From Seison nebaliae (lineage: Eukaryota): DNA of 55,841 bases. Positions 49,058 to 55,841 of this stretch are shown here, one piece after another (the first letter of the stretch is position 1; every line of letters begins with the position of its first letter). A program made the translations under genes and the position numbers. The DNA lies in contig JALJEE010002827.1 in the NCBI GenBank assembly GCA_023231475.1, positions 1-55,841 on the forward strand. Direction: 5' to 3'. The notes below the pieces were generated by a model. It did not search any database, was not told where the DNA came from, and saw only the letters and a program-made list of their open reading frames with translations.

Positions 49058-50732
49058 ATGTTGCCAAAGATATTTGCGGGAAGGACGAAATCTCCACAAG
49101 AATTAGCGAAAGGTCTTCGCGAAGCTCTTCTACAACTCGAGAAATCGGATAAGAAGACTGATAAATTGCTCGAAGAGATTCAGAGGTATGTCAACGAATT
49201 CAAATTAGGATTGATCGGTTCTCAAGAGAATGAGCCACAAGCGGAAGTTGTCGCACGAATCGCTCAAGAAATTTATACGAATAATTTACTGCAACTAATG
49301 ATCAATAATTTACATCGTGTCGAATTCGAAGTTGGCAATTTTATTGCAGATATATTTCAAATACATTTCAAATCCAAACATGTTTTGTAGACGAAAAAGG
49401 ATTTTGCTCATATTTTTAATAATCTTGTTCGTCGACAAGTCGGATTGTTGACACCGACTGTCGACCACCTGAACAAGAATAAGGAAATTATTTTCAAATT
49501 GATTAATGGGTTCGAATTTCATCATTCTCCTTCTCATTCTCTTCAGTTATCGAACATCCGAAATTGCTTTAAACTGTGGAATGATGTTGAGAGAATGTAT
49601 CCGTTTTGAATCGTTAGCAAAGATCGTCTTATACTCCGATCAATTCTACAATTTCTTCGATTATGTCGATTTCCCATCATTCGACATTGCATCTGATGCA
49701 TTCTCCACTTTCAAAGTTCCTTTTTTCCATTTTAAATTATTATTGGAAAAAAAACCGTTTTCAGGAAGTCTTAACGAAACACAAACCTGTTGTCTCCGAA
49801 TTCTTAATTGATCAATACGATAAATTCTTCAATAATTATCAACGACTTCTCTACTCAGAGAATTATGTCACCAGGCGACAATCATTGAAAGTTCAATTTT
49901 CTCATTTTTCTTCTTCTCGAATTGATCGAGAGGAAATCATCATCATTATTATCATTATCATCATCATCATTATTAATAATTGGAATTTAATATTAATTGA
50001 TCGAATATAGTTATTGTCAGATTTGTTGATGAGTCGTCAAAATTTGAAAATATCTGATTACTATTGTCATGATCCGAATTATTTAATAAGAATAATGAAA
50101 GGAATGTTGAATCCAGCTGAGAAGAAAGATCTCTTACTTGACTACTTTCATGTATTTAAGGTAGTGAACGAACGAGCTCATCTAAATTCTCTCCCATTTA
50201 ATTCTCGATTCCTTTCAATCATTTCCTTTTTCATTTCATTTTAGTTATTGGGTGAAATTTTAATGGAACGCCATCATTTTGCTGCCATGACCAAATATAT
50301 TTCACAACCGGAAAATTTGAAATTAATGATGAATATGCTTCGTCAAAAATCGAAAACGATCCAATTCGAGGCGTTTCATGTTTTCAAGGTTCCGAACACC
50401 ACCATTCTTCATTTGTCTTTTCGATTCTCTTCTTTTCCTCTCCATCATCTTCATTCCTTCTCTCACACTTTCTCTATCATCAATTTCAGGTGTTCATCGC
50501 CAATCCACATAAACCGAAACCGATAATCGATATCTTATCTCTCAATCGAGATAAATTGGTCGACTTCCTAACCACTTTCCACACCGATCGATTGGACGAC
50601 GTTCAATTCAACGACGAGAAAACATATCTAATTAAACAGATCAAAGATTTGGAACCGATGGCCACATCAACCGGTTTACCTGACACAAACATTTCAAATA
50701 ACGAACAATTGACGAATGTAGAGAATGAATAG
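49058..50732 (+). CDS. CAB39: MO25/calcium-binding protein 39 (LKB1-STRAD scaffold), ~357 aa using canonical exon 5b
   Basis: Exons 49058-49330, 49391-49509, 49547-49715, 49765-49890, [50011-50160 duplicate 5a], 50245-50388, 50490-50732. Motifs [72 protein letters not shown]. Confidence 0.97.
50011..50160 (+). other. Duplicated, diverged alternative exon 5a of MO25/CAB39
   Basis: [55 protein letters not shown]; 150 nt, phase 0-0, with the same boundaries as canonical exon 50245-50388 (LL...FHVFK). Confidence 0.85.
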
Positions 50733-50798
50733 ATCTTCTCTTCATTCAGATCGATATCAGAATACCATCCTTCTACACACTCTCTATCCATATACATG

Positions 50799-50801
<3 letters not shown>

Positions 50802-50829
<28 letters not shown>
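50802..50829. repeat. (AT)n microsatellite in the MO25 3' region
   Basis: About 14 consecutive AT units. Confidence 0.9.
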
Positions 50830-50833
<4 letters not shown>

Positions 50834-51608
50834 AAAACGATATGAAAATGCACACATTTTTATTTATTACAGAATCATAAGTTTATCTTCAAATTACAAC
50901 ATTAATATTTCCAATTTTTCTCTAATTCAATAATTCTCAACAGAAAAAGTTCAATAAAAAATTATCATCAACATTTCCGACGTTCAACCAACTCCCACTT
51001 TTAACGGTTGTTGTGTGGAGGAGAATTGTTCATGAAAATACACGTTCACTACAATTGTTAAATGATCCAATAAACTTTTATTTCCACACAATTTTCTTTT
51101 CCGCTTCATAATTCACTTTGTTTGTCGAAGCCAAATCCGATTCCTTCAATTTTCAATGAATTTCATTTAAATTCTCTCCGTTCACATTTTATTTCATTAG
51201 AAATCTTATTATTCTTTTTTATTCTTCGACCATCAATGCACAAACACGCCCACACATCGACATCAATGTTCATCTTTAACGAAATCTCCTTTTTTCCAAA
51301 TGATTCTCATATAATTCCAAGAACAATATATGAAATTTATTTAGAAGAATAATTTCCCTTCTGCACAACTCTGAAGATAAACAGTCTTTTCTTCTTCTTT
51401 TGTTTCACTTTATATTACGTCTCAATTATAACTTATAATCATTTCAATTCATTTAATAATTATAAATAATAATAATAATCATCATCATCTCAATTTCGTC
51501 TATTAAAAATTTGATAAGGAAAAATTTAATTTGATTCGATATTAATGAAAATAATTAAAAAATTCAATTATGAAAAAGAAGAAATAAATTTCAATATAAA
51601 TTTTCTTT

Positions 51609-53229
51609 TTAAATGACAATATCTGACAAGTGTTTCGAATTGATCGGTGAATTGACATCTTTCTCAACGATCGATAGTTTACTCTTCAAATTGGTGGGAG
51701 GATCATCCGATTTATTTGATTTTTTCGAAAGATTTTTCGAAATCCATTTCGCTTTCGCCACTATCTCTTCTTGCATCAGATCATATGACATACCAAGAAC
51801 GGCCATTCCAATTAATGCATAAATTGCACCGACCACTAATTTGATTGTTGAATGTTCGTCATCTGTACTTTGTCCGGGAACAAAATCACCGAAACCCACC
51901 GTCGACAACGTAATGTAACAGAAATAAGCCGATGCCAAAAGATCCCATCCTTCGAAAATTTTGAAAATGAATGCACCAAACATGACATAGCCAGCTATGA
52001 GGAACATTGAAACGGTTAAGGGAACGGTAACGGCTTGATAATTCTCCAAATCAATACCATCAGCGAGAGCGATATTATTTATTTTGTATAACGTGTCTAA
52101 TTGTTGTTCATCAGTTACATGATATTCGAGTTCATTGAAAGGAATCTCTTCCAAATCATTCTCTTTCACAAACTCCTCCATCAACTTATTCTTTCGTCGT
52201 TGTTGTCGCAGACAACAGAAACAAAATATCCGGGAATAACAATAACGAAATGCATTTCCCATCAAACCCGACAAATTCGCTAATGACATGACGAATAAGG
52301 GAATTCCAATCGTCGCATAACAAATACAAACAATACGACCTTCCCATGTTACTGGTGAGATGTTTCCATAACCGATCGTTGAAACGACCGTCACTGAAAA
52401 CATGAGAGCGTTGGCGAATGTCCATCGTTTCTGACTATCACAATCGCCACCATTAAATCCCGTTTCGTCATAAATTGTTATCGTTCGATTTCTTAGACTT
52501 TCTAAAATTTGGTCAACTTTCTTATTCGCTACCGTTTCATTATCTTTGCCAGCGACGGGAGTCGAACTGAAATTGAATGAGATGTAATTGATTAACGTCG
52601 TACGATATTTCGTTATATTTTGAATATCATATCCTTGACCTGAAGTAAATGAATAAAATTAAAAATAATTTTTAAAAAAATTATAAAATTAAAATTTAAA
52701 AAAAAATTTAAATTTCTGAAAAAAAAAAATGGGGAAAATTGAGACCTTCGTTACACAGACGGATTTCTTCGTGTTGTTCCAATATTGAGAAAAGTGCACC
52801 ACCACATGCAATATAAAAACCGACAGCAATTAAAATACCAAATTTGGCAAAGAATTTCTTTATTAAATTCGTCACTCGATATCTGATACCACTTTGATGG
52901 CTATCAATTGATTGTTGTTCATATACGTTTTGTTCGTTATTAATTTTGTTCTTTGTTAGTCCCTGTATCTCCTGCTGCTTCTTTAACGACGTTAATGGAT
53001 GCATGACATATTTCCGTTTAGTACTCATCGGTGATGGTTTCTCAAAATCGTCATCTTGCCGTTGTCGACGTTGTCGAATTTTATTGGGATCGTCCACCAT
53101 GTCTTTTTTCATCGTAATAAAATTTGGATCAGTTATAGTTTTTCTTCCGAAGACTTTTTGTGCGTTTTCCTCATCTGATTGTCCTTCTGAATTTCTTTCG
53201 GCTGTTGGCAGTGATGATTCACCTGTCAT
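51609..53229 (-). CDS. Two-pore-domain potassium channel (K2P, TWK/TRESK-like), >=504 aa
   Basis: Exons 53229-52746 and 52639-51609 (GTC..CAG intron, phase 1). TM1 YIACGGALFSILEQ, cap Cys, WTFANALMFSVTVVSTIGYG (P1), GIPL, FEGWDLLASAYFCYITLSTVGFGD (P2). The frame stays open upstream to an acceptor-like CAG at 53308-53306, so the true start may lie in an earlier exon. Confidence 0.93.
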
Positions 53230-55841
53230 AAACTTGTCATACAGTACGACATTGGTTGATGAATATGGAACATTCTTTAATCTTTCTGATCGTTCATTAT
53301 CAAGTCTGTGAAAGGAAGATGATAAAAGTAATGAATGATTTGAAAGATGATGTGATTTTTAATGGGAAATTCATTCAATTTATTTCCAATAGTTCTATTA
53401 ATGGGAATTTCATAGGAAATGTAAAATGTATTGGGAATGAGTTTTTCCTCTCCAAAAAAGAAATAAAGTTCATTAAGTAATTGATTTCCGTTAGTCGGAA
53501 AAAAACGGAAAAGTATTGATATGGATAATCGTAATCATAACAATGGAAATTGATCGAATTCCATTTCCTTTCGTTCACCACATTCCTACATTTTGACAAT
53601 TCATACAGACATTTCTGAATGATTATTATGGAAATTATTTGACATTTCTCTTACGATAAGAGAAGTAACTTCCAAAAATGTTTCGTTGAGTTGCGTTGAG
53701 TTGAGAAGATGATATTGATGGGGAGGAAAGAATGTTGAAATGTTGAAATGATAAGAGAGATTGATAAGATGAAAAGTAGATCGTTTAGCATCGAATTGAG
53801 AACGTTCCAAGATCAACTTACAAATGATTGAAGCCATTTATGTTGTTAATTATTTTGATGAGCCACAGGATATCCTTGGTATTTATATAATGACGGATAT
53901 ATAAGAGATCATATCTTCTCACCCATCGACAGGAAAGTGAAGAGCCTTGACTTAAGCTAATCAAAATAAATGTCTAATGGAATGAAGATTTGGAATTTTC
54001 ATTTCCATCCATTCTTTCACATCCGAATACTTCAAATTCTTTCAAAACCAACTGATACTAATCAATTTCTGACAACATCATTTAATAAGTAAGAAAAGTA
54101 ATTTTCTTTCGGTTATAGATCATTGCTATCAGAATTTTATCGTAAAATAAATCACATATATTCATATACCAAATAATTTTATGGAAACAATGATGATTTT
54201 CCTCACATGATTTATGCGATTTCATTGATAGAAAATTCAGATACTTGTATTCTTATGCAATCATCTTAAAACCAGTAGGTTTATTCTCGTGATTGAACGT
54301 GTGTAAATGTTCAATTGGAATTTATTCAGCTCACTTATCACCAAACTAATTTATTCATCAATTTCAGAATAATAAGAATAAATAGTTTGATTTGGAATAT
54401 ATTTAGAGAAAATAAATGTTGAACAGAACAGAAGAAGTAAAAGAAGAAGAAGAAATTTACTAACTTTTTGACGAAGTTGCCTAACATTCTTTCGGAATGA
54501 TTTAATGATTTCACTATGTGGATGAGATAAGAATTGATTGGAATAAGAGAATTGATTATGTGTTGAATTGATACATAAAATTTTCGGTGTTTGTCGAAGG
54601 AAATGAAAAGAAATCGATCTTCGAAGTAAATGGAAAGAAATCGATCTTTAACGGAGAAAGAAAGAAACGAAGGAAGAAGGAGAATGAATTTTTTTCAAAA
54701 CATTTCTCTTCAGTTTATTTTGTGTAAATTATTGATACTGTGTGAGAGATGGTATTAATTAAAAAACGAGGAACTTTCGAACGGAATCAAACAATAACAT
54801 TCAATCAATTAATTTCGCAGATAATTCTCTCCTACTAGAATAATGGACGGCAAATGATTCGACGTCTCGGGAGAGAATATGGAATGAAATACTTATTAGC
54901 AATACAATCCAATTGGTGCAACATGAAATATTATGTCTTCTATTTCCAATCGAGAAATAAACATCAAGGAAAATCATTTGCATAATAAACAGTTTATTAT
55001 TAAATATAAATTGTTATGTAATTATAGAACATAGTAAATGCCAGCTGCTGCAAAGTCGATAATTATGGCATTTGATTAACATCTTATTTCCTCCAAATCA
55101 TATTCATATGTCCCACACAAATTCCTTTTATATTAGACGAATGATCCAAATCAATAAATTTGATTGAACGAAAACCAATTTTTAAAAAGTAATCAACATA
55201 TTTGGAGGAAAGTTTCTTCTGCTTCATAAGTGATGAATACGAATTCGTTGGAACACAATTCATCCCAGAAACGTCTATCGAGATATGAATTCATAAAGAA
55301 ATCAAGTTTGAAGGAAAACAATTTGTTTCCATTTTCACTGAACGATTCGAATGATTAATGCTTTCCCATAATTAACGGAATGATGAGTATGAGCATTGGA
55401 AATTTTATTGATTTTCTTCCCCTTCTATAATCGAAGAGACATAAATTCTCTTTTTCCATTTCGTCTTGAATGAAGTTAAGGAGAAATGAAAATTGTTTCA
55501 TTTTAGAATAATAATTTTTAAGTTAATTCTGTTATATTCTATTATTAATGATAGCAGTATAAATCAATAAAATTTCGTTCTTCAATTTAATCCCTCAATC
55601 TTTCATTAGATGAACATGAACACTTCCCTAATGATTGTATGATTCCGAGATTGAAATTATCGAATTGTGTCATATTAAAACAAATAAGTGATGGAATAAG
55701 GGCAAAATCATTATTTGTTCCACACGTTCTTTTCGCCGGAACTGATAAGAAGAAGTTATATCTAGCGACATCGTTAGAGAATGGTGATGATTTACGTACA
55801 TTCATTTATGCACAACCAGAATTTAATAATCATCAAATCGC

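Noticed and set aside
872..53229. Functional 'neuro-secretory cluster' (nAChR, PC1/3, TGF-beta, cyclase, secreted precursor, K2P)
   Set aside because: Interspersed with housekeeping genes in mixed orientation; these families are large, so proximity alone is not evidence of co-function.
53375..53837. Minus-strand ORFs as upstream coding exons of the K2P channel
   Set aside because: I could not find a convincing phase-2 donor to match the acceptor at 53306; left unassigned.
1..55841. Prokaryotic-type systems (CRISPR array, defence operon, terminators), rRNA, tRNA, transposase or RT genes
   Set aside because: Genes are spliceosomal-intron-containing animal genes; I saw no regularly spaced repeats, cloverleafs or mobile-element motifs.

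Overview
AT-rich nuclear DNA from an invertebrate animal with a compact genome; nothing here looks prokaryotic (no CRISPR array, rRNA, tRNA or recognisable mobile element). Manual splicing gives about 12 protein-coding genes with very short introns, mostly 41-60 nt. In order: a non-alpha nicotinic acetylcholine receptor subunit (+), prohormone convertase PC1/3 (-), a 9-Cys TGF-beta/activin-class ligand (-), eIF3d (+), an intronless 2207-aa helical protein that may be a very divergent EPG5 (+), a natriuretic-peptide-receptor-type membrane guanylyl cyclase (+), a possible 70-aa membrane micro-protein (+), an SLC46-family MFS transporter (+), an orphan secreted precursor (-), a UAP56-binding-motif protein (+), TMEM138 (-), MO25/CAB39 (+) and a K2P potassium channel (-). 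The main observation is the guanylyl cyclase locus. Three paralogous N-terminal 'variable' cassettes (27798-29168, 33350-34277, 34665-35649), each with its own ATG, all end in a phase-1 donor at the homologous codon and join in frame to one shared 14-exon 'constant' region (35836-39805). This resembles the variable/constant layout of protocadherin and UGT1 loci, but here it would swap the ligand-binding part of a cGMP receptor. Other points: a duplicated, diverged exon in MO25; a 5' splice-site consensus of GTT (47 of 52 donors I modelled) rather than GTA/GTG; and operon-like spacing of eIF3d and the giant ORF. All models were read by hand without alignments or transcript data, so family comparisons rest on remembered motifs.
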